From assembly GCA_964276515.1 (NCBI GenBank), contig OZ193909.1, positions 18,972,001-19,036,000 on the forward strand: a DNA stretch of 64,000 nucleotides, in the 5' to 3' direction. A program made the position numbers and the translations under genes. Positions 1-13,800 of this stretch are shown in pieces (the stretch's first letter is position 1; the number at the start of each line of letters is the position of its first letter). Below the pieces are notes generated by a model. That model saw only the letters and a program-made list of their open reading frames with translations. It was not told the origin of the DNA and did not search any database. Source of the stretch: Gordius albopunctatus (Eukaryota).

Positions 1-313
1 TTAAAACGTTTTAAAACAATAATTTTTAATATTGAAAAACTCTTTTCACCTTCAATTAAATTGGTCGATTTGTGTAGGCATAAAAAGCAGACGATAATTA
101 AAACGCACCTTTTATCACGTTCGTCGTTCAAGCCTTTTAAAGCCTCTAAGTATTTATATAATTGTAAGAGATTTTTTCCCTCATATAGAATATTTTTAAG
201 AAAATATTTATATAAAGTGATGATTATTAATTAAATTACAAAATTAATGTCCCAAAAAAAATTTGAAAAGTAACCTTTATTTTACCAACTAAATTTTTGA
301 TGAAATTTGTTAG

Positions 314-3300
314 GGCACCACACAATTATCACAACCGGATCAAATAGTTGGCTTGGGGCACACCGAAGTAGACGAGGCTCTCCTTCAAGAATACCTGCAT
401 TCCTTGAGCACCGAAACCTTTTGGTCAGCGCAAAATAGACTAATAATGATGCAATAAACACTAGCAAACTTTAAAATTTATTAAGTAACTTTGGCCGCCA
501 TTTTAGGTGAATTTTTTTTCAATATGCGCACTTGTGTAGTGAAGCCTTGCGGTCGACTAAACATAAACAGACGCATAGGCGTAGCCAGCATTGGGATTCG
601 AGCAGGGGCAATAATGATTGTTTCATGAAATTTTGGCTATAATTTTAATAAAATTCGACAAATTTTCAAATTTAGAGGGTGGCAGTCGCCCCTCCCTGCC
701 CCCCCCCCCCCCTCCCCCTTGGATACGCCCATAAACAGACCAATGTATAGAAGAAAGAATAGTGAAAACATTAAAGAATCATCTTTACGTAGCTAAGTTG
801 AGCGTTTTATTTATTTTTCGAGATGTCTGCCTTCATCCCATAGTTAATAACATTGGGCAACAACAATATATAATATAATAAACCGGCGAACTGTTTGCAA
901 ATTACACAAATATATTTTTAGTTTTTCCCCCTATACATCAAGTTTTTGAAATATTTGATGTCAAAGAAGTTTCTACTTGCTAGAAACAGCGATTTCGGGC
1001 TTTTTAAACGTCAATAACTTGCAAATTAATCGCTAAAATTTTAATTTGATTAATTAAATTTTTGTCACGCATTAGGTTCTGGTGCTGGTATTCAAGCCAT
1101 ATTTCGGGTGTAAAAATATAGTTTTTTAAAACTTGACTCATTAAAGCCTACTGTCGAATTTATTATACGGGAAAATACCATATTTAGTCTAGAAATGACC
1201 TTTTGATATTATCAAATTTAGTTTTTATTAAAGCTTAAGATAGTGATGGGGAAACGCTTAGCACTAGCGCGCTTAGCACCTCCTCTCCGCTGATGGGAAT
1301 AGCCTATTAAATACGCTATGTCTACTAGCACATAGTCACTTTAAGTGCTATAAGCTATGGGAGATGGGAGGTTTGAGACGCTATAAGCTATAGCCGATAG
1401 CACTTAAATGCGCTAGAGTTTAGTGATGGGGAAACGCTTAGCACTAGCGCGCTTAGCACCTCCCCGCTGATGGGAATAGCCTATTAAATACGCTATGTCT
1501 ACTAGCACATAGTCACTTTAAGTGCTATAAGCTATGAGAGATGGGAGGTTTGAGACGCTATAAGCTATAGCCGATAGCACTTAAATGCGCTAGAGCTATA
1601 GCACGGCGCTAACATTGATAATAATAATAATAATTTCAATTAATTTGGGATTAAAACTGGTGTAGTTATAGTTTTTCGATCGTTTTAGCTATGATGTTTT
1701 GTGTTTTAATGCGATTTCTAATACGTTTTTTAAGGGCAAATTTAAACCTGCCACATTAGGCCATATATTGGGCGCGATTTCTAAACTTTTTTTTAATTTT
1801 TGTCACATAAATTTTTCTATTTTTAAATATTTCGTTAAAAAGTCTATAATTCTGCACTGAGAAATATTTTTGTCATTATGAATAAATTTTTAAGATTAAG
1901 TATGTTTTTTTAATTAAAAATAGAAAATATAAATAGTTTTGATGCTTAAATTAATTATAGCGGAGATCGGTATCACTTGTTTCGCCACAATTGCAATACC
2001 TTCACCAACGAAGTCTCCATATTTCTAACGGGCCAAAGCATACCCCCTCATATCCTAGAACTGCCCGATAGAGTACTTTCTAGGTTGATTCAGTTTAAAA
2101 AGTTTACAAATTTATGTTAAAAATGCTTTAACCATTGGATGAGTTTGTTTACTAGATTCAAATTTAATCTACAGTTTTGAATTTATTAGACACATTTAAC
2201 GTAGATTTTAGCTGGTGGCTTTAAAATTAAAAATATCAATGTAGTTTTTTTATCGAAAGAAACATTATTTTATGATATACGTGCCTTAGAGTTTAGAGAA
2301 AAAACCTTGAAAATAATTTAAAATAACGACAATTCAATTTTTTCTCAGATATTTAGGTGTAATTTTACAAATTCTCATTGTGATTTTCTACTTAAGTTGT
2401 CTTATACCAGTGGTTAAAGAAAATAAAATTCGTTGAAGACTTTTAAATTTTGCTTTGGACCACCACCCTTTAAAAGTTAAATAACGCTATTTTACAAAGT
2501 ATTTTATAGACACTGAAATATGAACTATTTATTTTATCTTTTATTTATTTTAAAGTCCTTTTGGTGCAATCATACAATCTTACTTGGAGACTTTTGACGT
2601 TGCTATATTGCCTCCTCCCCAACAACAATCTACTTCTCAAGCTCGTGCTTTACCATCCAATAGCGACGTTCGTACAAGTATATTGTGGATATTCATTTAT
2701 TAGTATTCAACTAGTCTTGTAAAAACTATTTTTTACAATTTTAGTGACTTTTGATGAAATTGTTTTAAAAAAATTTATTATTTTCAATGATAACTGAAAA
2801 TTTCTTTTCGAAGCGTTTAAAAAATACGTGCACTTAGAGCGATGGATCCAAATTTTATTGGATTTTACAATCTTCATCGTGATTTTATGCTCAATTTTAA
2901 GATTGGCTGTAGATCCGTCTAGAGGGACTAGTTTAAAGGCCTACACTTCCAGTTTTAGAATTAATATATATAAATTAAATTTAATACTCCGTTCGGAATA
3001 TTTTTGTTAAACCTCTTTAATTTTACAAACACTGCATAGATGAAACTTAGTTTATTTGAAAAACGCCAAAATCGCTGTTTTTAGCAACTTTTCAGCAAAT
3101 ATTTCTCAAAAACTTGACGTATAGGGGATAAATTAAAATTACATTCGTGTTTACCGTGGAAAAAACAGTACCAGAATCTGCAAACAGTTTGCCAGTCGAT
3201 TTTTTATCTCGTGTTATTATTTATTATAATGCATAACGAACACAAACATTAAATCTTAGATCACGATCGACGAATGAGCGGTGAAATTTCAGGGAGTAAA

Positions 3301-6300
3301 AAGGGCACTGCAGCTGATGATGCCTTGCCTCCACCCATAGAAAGTTATCAGGATGAAAATAAACCCGACCTTTTTGTCGGCATTGAGGTGTATTAAAATT
3401 AATATATTTTCCATTATATTTATTCATTTATTTATTACAATCTTGTAATTTTTTTATTTTGAAAACTCTTTTATTTTTTTTACCTTCTGTAAAATAAAAA
3501 AAAATTATTGAATTCTTTATAGCCCTACACCCCTTGTTACAGAGTCTCAATTAAATTATTGTACTATTATAAAAAAAATTATAAAATTTGATAAACATTT
3601 TATTCATTTATTGCATTTATTAATTTTTTTCAATTTATGTAATCTTTATTTATTGCAATGTTGTAATCAGTTTTATTCTAAAAGCTTTTTTATATTTTGT
3701 ACTTTCAAAAAATAGTTTCATTATGCAACTATAAAAATTATAAAAATAGTTAAACTTTTTATTCATTTATTTATTGGATTTATTTATTTAAATTTATATA
3801 ATTTAGTTTTTAATTTTCATTGTATGGCAGGCTTCCGAACTTTACAATAAGATGAAAGAGAAATTGAAGGGTAAAATCAGCGAAGGAGAGGCTCAGCTAC
3901 TCAACGAATGCTACGCTTACATCACTACGGATGAACCCTTATGGTGCATTAACGATAATCACGCCCAATTCCTATGTAAAATTTTTTGGAAATCTTCCTT
4001 TTTAATTTTACGAAATTTTGATAAAATTTGCCCCAAAATTGTATTAATTTTTGTTTTTAAAAGGCATAATGCCTACTTTTCGTTTAAATTTCTGTGTTTT
4101 TTCTGAATATTTTTATCGAATTTGTAAATGAAATGGTTATTAAAGTTATTTGGGGCCAATGTCAATTGATGTTTTTCTTGAGCGAGATGCTCATTTTCGT
4201 TTAAAGAGGCGCTCACCCAAAGTTTTTTAAAACCTATATGAGCTTTATATCATTTTTTAAGAATTTATTTATAAATTATTCCTCAGTTATCAGTAATTTT
4301 AAATTTATACTTTGCATTTTTGATTTTAAACCTATTTAATTCCGTCAAACGTCTATTATGAGATAATTATAAGGGATTTTTTGCTTCTTCTTCTTCTTCT
4401 TATATATTTTTACATTTACATTTTTTAGATTTCTTGGAGATTAAATAACATTTTTAACCTATTTAAAAATGAGTTTTTCTGACGTTAACTTCGGTTATAA
4501 TACTCTATGTATGATGTTTCTTTTTAGTTAAAATTTTGCACGACGACGGCAAGATATTTGACAAGGAAGACAAGCTTCTCGTGCTACAAATGCTTCAACA
4601 ATTGGTCCTTTCGTTTGATTTTGTGCTCGTCGCCAAGCACGAATGTACGCACGGGCTCATGGGTTATATACAGAAATTTGATAAACTTTCCATCGAAGAA
4701 AAAGTTGCCATCTTAGCATTGGTTAGTTAATAAATAATAATATCATAAATTTGTCTTGTTTTTTTTGGCAATTTTTGATATCTTTTTTAAACTTTCGTAT
4801 CTGGATGTTATAAATTTAATTGAAACGGGAAAAGAAGAAATTTTTATTATAAAGTAGTTTTTTGAGGCATGTTTATGGAAGTCGGTTTCTAGTGTTTTTG
4901 TCGTTTAGAATTGACAGAGATTAAAAAATGAATTATTTTCAAATTTTTCCCATTGTTTTAAAAACATATTGCACTAAAGAACACTATAGAATATAGATAC
5001 ACCATCGTTTGATATCGTTGCAAATGGGTTTTTTTTTTGAATTATTAACATATTTTATTTTCGAAGTTTTAAAATTTACTCTGGATCTATATATAAAGCT
5101 TGCAATTTTGAGGAAAATATTGTAAAAGATAGGTGGAATTTCATCATTTTACCTTCGTTAATATCGACCTGTTTACATTTATAGCTGCCAAAGTTTACTT
5201 AAATATATCTAAATAAGTCATGGACTCCTAGTAAATTTAAGTTTTATGCTATGGAGTAGTGTTGTAAAAACGGGTGACTTTTTTGTCACTTCTTTGGTCT
5301 GCTGTCTCTGTTATACCACTACCACTATGGAGGGAGTACGAGAAATATTTTTCCAATATTATAAGATTCCCAGTACCTATGTAAATATAGTAAGCATAAA
5401 TATTTTTAATTTTTTTCCTCAAAAATATATAAAAACATGCTAGTGTTGTTAATGACGGGGGTTTTATTTAGTCGCGCTTTGGTGAAAGTCGACAAAGAAT
5501 AATCAGACCAAAAGGGTTTTGGTCTTTTTTTTTCTTTTTCGACCCCAAGGCTTAGTCAAAATTTGAGAAAGAGACGTAGAGTCGACCGTTAGTCTTAGTT
5601 GAACCGAAGGTTGACCAAACAAGAAGACCCAGTCGTTTTTACAACACTATATTACTTGCCCGACAGCTTTCGAATTGTTGCTACACCAAAACTGGGTTTT
5701 ACTACTTGACGTCCATGATGGAATGGCCGGAAAATAGTTTGAATACTTATAATAATGGCACCGTTGTGGCCAAGCTTATCTCGGATTCTCTGCTAATGCA
5801 ATACGAAAAACCTGAACTTTTCAAGATGGCCACCAATGTGGTGTGGCACTTAGCAGCTCATAAAGTATGGAAAAAATTATTATTATATCAAACCTTTTTG
5901 TACTTTGTATTTGTACCCTTACTAGTGTTATTTTGAATTATTTGATTATTTATACTTTAAATGAAATTTATGATTTTTGCAAAATTATGATAAATTGAGT
6001 TAAATTATTTTTTTAGTTAATTTTATGTGTTTTTTTTGTTTCTAGGTTCCAGAAGAAATGGCGATTGAAATGTCTATAGCTCTGTTACAAGCCCTCAAAT
6101 CTGAAAAAGACGAAAAATTAGGTTTTAATCATGTTTTATAAATTAAAAATTTAGTTTTTTCCTTAATTACAAGTTGTTTTTTGCGAGGTGAAGAAATCTA
6201 GTCATTATAATTTTTGATTGCTATGCAATCATAGACTACATAGACTGCTTATGTCATAAGTTTTATACGGTAAAATGTGTACCATTAAATCTATCATTTT

Positions 6301-8163
6301 GAATTTTACTATCTCCCATGTTGCATTGTGTGTACCCCCCATTGTTAAAAACAGAAAAGGTGAATCTACGTTCTTCATCAGTTAATAAATAAGAAAAGAA
6401 TGCTAATAAATGATTATTCAATAAAATGCAGATGGCATCAAATTGCTTTAACATAACATCATCACTGTATTTTTCAATTTTCATTTTATGAATTTTGTGA
6501 ATTGCATATTGTTATATTTTGAAAGAGAAAGGAAAGACTCGTTGGCCAATCGTTATGTTCGTTGGCTACTCTTACGTTTGTTGTTTGGTTTGGGCAATAT
6601 GTCCGCAGGGTTTTAGCCGTTAGTTCGCCTCCTTAGTCTTGAAAGTTCGGGTATGGCATGTAAGGGGGGTTCTTATGATTAAGTTTGCGGGATTACTTAG
6701 TCTGCTATTAGATTGACAATAGGCACTTTCAAGAATTAATGTTTATATGCGAAGGTGACAATAGGCACTTTCAAGAATTTTATTGGTGTTATATCAGTTG
6801 GGAATAGGCAAATTCAGGAATTTTGTTCAATCTTTATAGTGAATATATGTTGTCATCGTTAATTCGTTTGCGATAAGCCTCTTGTTCGAAGGTCGTTGGC
6901 TCGTTCTTCTCCGGGGCCCATGTATAGAATGCTGTTTTTAATGTTTAGATAGTTCAAAATTTAGTGTCCTCCTTCCCCTCAGTTGTGCACATGGCAAAAT
7001 GGCGGCAAAATGGTACACACCTATTTAAAGTCGACGAGCAGTCTATTTAGTAGTAGTCTATGGCTATAAAGCGAAAATCCCATTATAATTATGATTATTA
7101 TTCCCTAAAAATAAATTTGAAAACAATTTCCTCAATGACAGCTGTTTGAAGAATTTCATTTAAACCCTTTTTTATTTTTTGCGCCCGACCACAGCTCAGC
7201 CCCGATCCCTTTTGTAAATCTCCCCAATTTAATCTTGGAGCATTTATTAAAAGTTAACGAATAAAAGTGAATGATGATTTTTCTCTGTTTTACACAGTGT
7301 TTGGATGCCTAGTAGCTCTCAATACCTTTCTCGACGTGACACCGGAGGTAAATTTTTATCAACACTAATTTTTCCTCGTTTTCCCCTAGTTTACGTCATT
7401 TTTCGCAGACGTTTGACCACGTGCTTAGCCAGCAGCCCAGCATTGCAATTTTGCGGGGGAGGGGCCAATATTGATTTAGACAGGGGCATAATGATCATTT
7501 TTGCGAAATTTTAGCCATTATTCTAATAATAAATTTAAACAATTTTTGGATTCCCACCTTCTCCTAGCTACCCCCATGCGTCTGAACGATTATTATTTCA
7601 TATTTTAAGGAATCATTTTCAAAAGGCCACATGTTAATTACCACAAAAAACGCATCTATACCCTAGAGAAGAGTGTTTAAACATTAGACGTTTAATAGCG
7701 AAATTGGAATATACAATATAAAGTAAAATTACTTGTTGAGGTTTGATATAATAGTGCATGGAAAAAATCATTAAAACATAAACACCAAATTTAACAATTG
7801 AGAAAATTTTAATGTTTTTTTTTATATTTTAATTAAAAAGCGGTGTTTTTAATGGTTGTATAACAATACTAAATTATTTTCCCTAATTATCTCACGTCTG
7901 TTTTATGTATTAAAATTTTTCAATAAATTGTTAATAACTTGTAAACATTCATTGCCACCATATGTGCTTCTTAGGTTCAAAGCTTGTTCAAAGTAATGGA
8001 CATGTCGATGGATATGTTCGCCAATTTATCTACCCGCGTAGATATGCTGTGTAAAGATGTAGCAGCTAAACTAGAAAGACCGCTGCCCACTTCTACTTTT
8101 GGGGGGGAGAGGCGGAGTAGTAGCGAAGTTAGTAATAGCATTTCACCCGAGAGAAATGCTTGA
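314..8163 (+). CDS. DESI1: DeSI-1/PPPDE-family desumoylating/deubiquitinating isopeptidase with C-terminal PUL-like helical domain; 5' exons (with catalytic His) lie upstream of the window
   Basis: Phase-consistent GT-AG exons 314-423, 1961-2083, 2556-2671 (or 2677), 3260-3387, 3831-3975, 4528-4721, 5667-5864, 6046-6121, 7298-7347, 7975-8163 (TGA). Spliced product reads GTTQLSQPDQIVGLGHTEVDEALLQEYLHSLSTETFCGDRYHLFRHNCNTFTNEVSIFLTGQSIPPHILELPDRVLSSPFG, matching the DeSI-1 core including the HNCN catalytic Cys motif. The downstream ~250 aa are helical-repeat-like; the PUL call is from recalled family architecture, not a search. Confidence 0.88.
574..733. mobile_element. Short MITE of the CA(T/G)GGCGTAGCC...GGCTACGCC family
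   Basis: Ends CATAGGCGTAGCC / GGATACGCCCAT; flanks aacagacg / aacagacc (8-bp TSD, 1 mismatch). Related copies at about 7427-7578, 24474-24590, 26562-26705, 30360-30510, 30665-30820, 34850-34988, 43790-43862, 45050-45136, 47161-47412 and 57935-58086. Confidence 0.65.
1241..1612 (+). mobile_element. Head-to-tail dimer (~180 bp x2) of a hAT-type MITE end, same family as the element at 10817-14420
   Basis: Copies start TAGTGATGGGGAAACGCTTAGC at 1241 and 1421. The first ~115 nt are the reverse complement of 14307-14420. Each copy contains one GGAGATGGGAGGTTTGAG unit. Confidence 0.85.
5441..5649. mobile_element. hAT-like MITE family with TAGTGTTGTAAAA...TTTTACAACACTA ends and GTCGAC/GACCAAA internal motifs
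   Basis: TIR-like ends TAGTGTTGT / ACAACACTA. Related degenerate copies at about 20527-20673, 23408-23620, 26310-26463, 27055-27254, 28260-29752, 38300-38430, 49650-49810, 56738-56850 and 57870-57932. Confidence 0.65.
6230..7062. mobile_element. Non-autonomous TIR element in a DESI1 intron
   Basis: Terminal inverted repeats CATAGACTAC(A)TAGACTGC at 6230 and GCAGTCTA...GTAGTCTATG ending at 7062; internal direct repeat TGACAATAGGCACTTTCAAGAATT (6714, 6756). Confidence 0.5.
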
Positions 8164-10816
8164 GCGACTTCAATGGAAAAAAATGAACTACATATTTGCA
8201 AAACTCAAAATAAATCATACCTATTATACATACATATATAAAGTTATTTTAGTATATGATGATGATGATGTAGATTGAAATACTATAATTAACCCTTTTT
8301 AGAGTGTTGTGTTTACAATGTACACTAAGGCACCTCTACCTTTCTTTTTTAACTATAATTCGAGGAGTACGTACGAGATTTGTAGAATGAAAGTTGGATT
8401 TGTGCTTATGCTAACCTTTTATTGTATGAGAGACTTCCGTTTCGTTTATATGTTTATCTTCACCGATGATTGTTTTCGCTGAATTTTATGATTAGATGCG
8501 AAATTAATTTAATGCATAAAATTTCTCGGCCTTAATATGTTATGTTACGATGGGTGGGACTTGTTGTATACTGTTAATGTTCCTATATTTCTTTATTCTT
8601 TAACCCATGTTTCTTCAAATTTAATAAATTATAAATCGTTTAATGTTATTTAATATGAGATGCTTTTGATGTTATCTTTTTTGTAATATGTTACTATCGC
8701 GAATTAGAGTAGCTTTTCCACATTAAATCTCCGATGATCTTTAATAAACAGCGTTACTTTTTAAGCAACAGCGTATAAATGACAATTAGGCGCAGAAAAA
8801 ATGACGAGTTGTAAATAGCTGAGAGCAAAAGCGGATAAGGAATGTTGGACCTGGTCCTAGCAACCCGTGTGCTTTTATGGAAACCCAAATCTAAATTTTA
8901 CCTATAGTCTACCTCGTATGAGACATTGAAAAGATTCTTAATATCTCGAAACTATGATTATTTATGCGGAAAAGTTCAAGATCCTTTGTAGAGAATGTAT
9001 AGGAAACGAGGTAGCCAAGAATAGAAGATTGATCACCCTTGTTGCAGATTAGATATACTTTATAACACTAAACAACAAATAAGGGGATTGTGAAACGAAC
9101 TAAACGTAGAGTTTTTTGTGGTGAACACCAAAGTATTTCGTTTTTTTCTCCAAAGCATTCACGCTTTAAAATCATAATTGAGTTTAAAGTTGCGAAAAAT
9201 GCGTTTTTGCCTCATTTTAAAGGTTTATACCGAGGGAACGAAAGATAAATTTTAAGGTAAACATAAATAATTATTTGGAAATAAACTTATATCGATAAAA
9301 AAATCAATTGAATAAAAATAGTAAGTTGGGAAAAAATGAGTGGTAAAATAAATATAGAGCAATAACAATTTTGCCCTAACTTTTTGATTTACAGCGTTTA
9401 CCTCAACTTTTGCACTTCGTTTGGATCTCCCGCACACTAGTAGGAGAGAAAAGGGCTAATCAATCATAGCGTCTAACATGAATCACTCATTCCTTCTCTC
9501 CCCTTCGCATGTAACACACTCCTTCCCCAACCTTACATCTTATTTTGCAACTCATACACCATATTTCGCACTATTTTATAAAATGGTCGTTTTTTGTATA
9601 AGTTAGTGATTTTTTTTTCAAATTTTTTCAAGTATAGTTTAAATTAATTAAACTTAAATTTTTTAGTGATTATTTTTTTTAATTTAAAGTTTATTCAACC
9701 TTAAAAATATTTCCTGGATAAAAATCTAATTTGACAAACTCTTTCCGTCTCCCTATTTGGCATGTGGCATGTACCTCACCCCTTTTTTACCGTGAAATGT
9801 GTTTTGGGAACTCTTGTAACTGACCCTGCGCCTTTAATAATTTTTTTCAGTCTAAAACCGTTCATTATTTTGGTATTTTATAAAATTATGGATCAGCAAA
9901 CTCGAAAATTGGCAATAAAGCTTAGCCAAGATGGAAAATCCTATGTTGAAATCGCAAAATTACTAGATATATCGCGGTTTCAAGCAATGAGAGCTGTTAA
10001 AATTTTTTGCGAAGAAGGGAGAGATTATGCCAAAAAGTGTGCTGGGCGACAAAAAAAAATTAGATGTACCACATGTCAATTTCATCCAGGAGGAAATTGA
10101 CAAAAATTGTTCGCTGTCCCTAAAAGATTTAAGAAAAAAAATTAATGATAAATACATTCTCGATGTTTGTCCTACTACAATCGCCCGGGAAATCAAAGGT
10201 TTCCATTATTCATTTAAACGCATAGCAATGATTCCTGAAAGAGGCAATGACGAAGACGTTATTAATAAAAGACGGCAATATATGCAAGAGTTTTGCCGTT
10301 TTTTAGCTCTCGATCTTAACATCATATTCATGGATGAAACGGGGTTCAACGTATCGATGAGGGTTATTTATGGAAGGGCAGCTACTAACGAAAGGGCAAT
10401 AAAGAAGGTTAAAGCCCTTAAAAGCCGAAATTTAAGCATGTGCTGTGCAATAACAAGGGAAGAATTAATTTATTACAAAATTTTGAACGGTGCCTAAAAT
10501 AGCGCTAAATGTAACGACTTTTTAATTGAATTATTTGAATACCTATCGACTAAAAATATTAAAAACTGCATCATCGTAATGGACAATGTTCCATTCCACC
10601 ATTCCCTGTTAATAAAAAATACCTTGGCAGCTTTTGGTCATAAAGCTTTATATTTACCACCATATTCCCATTTTCTAAATCCTATAGAGAAGGTCTTTAG
10701 CAAATTAAAGTTCATCGTGAGAAAAGGCGAACCTCAAAATGAGATGGATTTATTAACAATCGTAGAAAATTCTAAATCCGAGGTAATTTACATTTTACAT
10801 ATACAATAGTACATTG

Positions 10817-13800
10817 TAGTGATGGGGAAATAGCGTTTTTAAGGAGCTAAAGCTATAGCACATAGTCACTTTAAGTGCTATAAGCTATAGGAGATGGGAG
10901 GTTTGAGGTGCTATAAGCTATAGGAGATGGGAGGTTTGAGGTGCTATGTGCTATAGGAGATGGGAGTTTGATGTGCTATGTGCTATAGGAGATGGGAGTT
11001 TGATGTGCTATGTGCTATAGGAGATGGGAGGTTTGAGGTGCTATGTGCTATAGGAGATGGGAGTTTGAGGTGCTATGTGCTATAGGAGATGGGAGGTATG
11101 AGGTGCTATGTGCTATAGGAGATGGGAGTTTGAGGTGCTATGTGCTATAGGAGATGGGAGGTATGAGGTCCTATGTGCTATAGGAGATGGGAGGTATGAG
11201 GTGCTATGTACTATAGGAGATGGGAGTTTGAGGTGCTATGTGCTATAGGAGATGGGAGTTTGAGGTGCTATGTGCTATAGGAGATGGAAGTTTGAGGTGC
11301 TATGTGCTATAGGAGATGGGAGTTTGAGGTGCTATGTGCCATAGGAGATGGGAGTTTGAGGTGCTATGTGCTATAGGAGATGGGAGGTATGAGGTGCTAT
11401 GTGCTATAGGAGATGGGAGTTTGAGGTGCTATGTGCTATAGGAGATGGGAGGTTTGAGGTGCTATGTGCTATAGGAGATGGGAGTTTGAGGTGCTATGTG
11501 CTATAGGAGATGGGAGGTTTGAGGTGCTATGTGCTATAGGAGATGGGAGTTTGAGGTGCTATGTGCTATAGGAGATAGGAGGTTTGAGGTGCTATGTGCT
11601 ATAGGAGATGGGAGTTTGAGGTGCTATGTGCTATAGGAGATGGGAGTTTGAGGTGCTATGTGCTATAGGAGATGGGAGGTTTGAGGTGATATGTGCTATA
11701 GGAGATGGGAGTTTGAGGTGCTATGTGCTATAGGAGATGGGAGGTATGAGGTCCTATGTGCTATAGGAGATGGGAGGTATGAGGTGCTATGTACTATAGG
11801 AGATGGGAGTTTGAGGTGCTATGTGCTATAGGAGATGGGAGTTTGAGGTGCTATGTGCTATAGGAGATGGAAGTTTGAGGTGCTATGTGCTATAGGAGAT
11901 GGGAGTTTGAGGTGCTATGTGCCATAGGAGATGGGAGTTTGAGGTGCTATGTGCTATAGGAGATGGGAGGTATGAGGTGCTATGTGCTATAGGAGATGGG
12001 AGTTTGAGGTGCTATGTGCTATAGGAGATGGGAGTTTGAGGTGCTATGTGCTATAGGAGATGGGAGTTTGAGGTGATATGTGCTATAGGAGATGGGAGTT
12101 TGAGGTGCTATGTGCTATAGGAGATGGGAGGTATGAGGTCCTATGTGCTATAGGAGATGGGAGGTATGAAGTCCTATGTGCTATAGGAGATGGGAGGTAT
12201 GAGGTGCTATGTGCTATAGGAGATGGGAGGTATGAGGTGCTATGTGCTATAGGAGATGGGAGTTTGAGGTGCTATGTGCTATAGGAGATGGGAGGTTTGA
12301 GGTGCTATGTGCTATAGGAGATGGGAGTTTGAGGTGCTATGTGCTATAGGAGATGGGAGGTTTGAGGTGCTATGTGCTATAGGAGATGGGAGGTTTGAGG
12401 TGCTATGTGCTATAGGAGATGGGAGTTTGAGGTGCTATGTGCTATAGGAGATGGGAGTTTGAGGTGCTATGTGCTATAGGAGATGGGAGGTATGAAGTCC
12501 TATGTGCTATAGGAGATGGGAGGTTTGAGGTGCTATGTGCTATAGGAGATGGGAGGTTTGAGGTGCTATGTGCTATAGGAGATGGGAGTTTGAGGTGCTA
12601 TGTGCTATAGGAGATGGGAGGTTTGAGGTGCTATGTGCTATAGGAGATGGGAGTTTGAGGTGCTATGTGCTATAGGAGATGGGAGGTTTGAGGTGCTATG
12701 TGCTATAGGAGATGGGAGGTTTGAGGTGCTATGTGCTATAGGAGATGGGAGTTTGAGGTGCTATGTGCTATAGGAGATGGGAGTTTGAGGTGCTATGTGC
12801 TATAGGAGATGGGAGGTATGAAGTCCTATGTGCTATAGGAGATGGGAGGTTTGAGGTGCTATGTGCTATAGGAGATGGGAGGTTTGAGGTGCTATGTGCT
12901 ATAGGAGATGGGAGGTATGAGGTGCTATGTGCTATAGGAGATGGGAGTTTGAGGTGCTATGTGCTATAGGAGATGGGAGTTTGAGGTGCTATGTGCTATA
13001 GGAGATGGGAGGTATGAGGTCCTATGTGCTATAGGAGATGGGAGGTATGAGGTGCTATGTGCTATAGGAGATGGGAGTTTGAGGTGCTATGTGCTATAGG
13101 AGATGGGAGGTTTGAGGTGCTATGTGCTATAGGAGATGGGAGTTTGAGGTGCTATGTGCTATAGGAGATAGGAGGTTTGAGGTGCTATGTGCTATAGGAG
13201 ATGGGAGTTTGAGGTGCTATGTGCTATAGGAGATGGGAGTTTGAGGTGCTATGTGCTATAGGAGATGGGAGGTTTGAGGTGCTATGTGCTATAGGAGATG
13301 GGAGTTTGAGGTGCTATGTGCTATAGGAGATGGGAGGTTTGAGGTGCTATGTGCTATAGGAGATGGGAGTTTGAGGTGCTATGTGCTATAGGAGATGGAA
13401 GTTTGAGGTGCTATGTGCTATAGGAGATGGGAGTTTGAGGTGCTATGTGCCATAGGAGATGGGAGTTTGAGGTGCTATGTGCTATAGGAGATGGGAGGTA
13501 TGAGGTGCTATGTGCTATAGGAGATGGGAGTTTGAGGTGCTATGTGCTATAGGAGATGGGAGGTATGAGGTGCTATGTGCTATAGGAGATGGGAGTTTGA
13601 GGTGCTATGTGCTATAGGAGATGGGAGGTTTGAGGTCCTATGTGCTATAGGAGATGGGAGTTTGATGTGCTATGTGCTATAGGAGATGGGAGGTTTGAGG
13701 TGCTATGTGCTATAGGAGATGGGAGTTTGAGGTGCTATGTGCTATAGGAGATGGGAGTTTGAGGTGCTATAAGCTATAGGAGATGGGAGGTTTGAGGTGC

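Noticed and set aside
282..467. Minus-strand 61-aa ORF (likewise 3224-3427 and 7977-8201)
   Set aside because: Antisense shadows of DESI1 exons, which have proper splice sites and family motifs on the plus strand.
12078..12969. ORFs with EVLCAIGDGR(Y/F) repeats as a repeat protein
   Set aside because: They arise only where several 33-bp units are adjacent; 32-bp units break the frame throughout and there are no splice signals.
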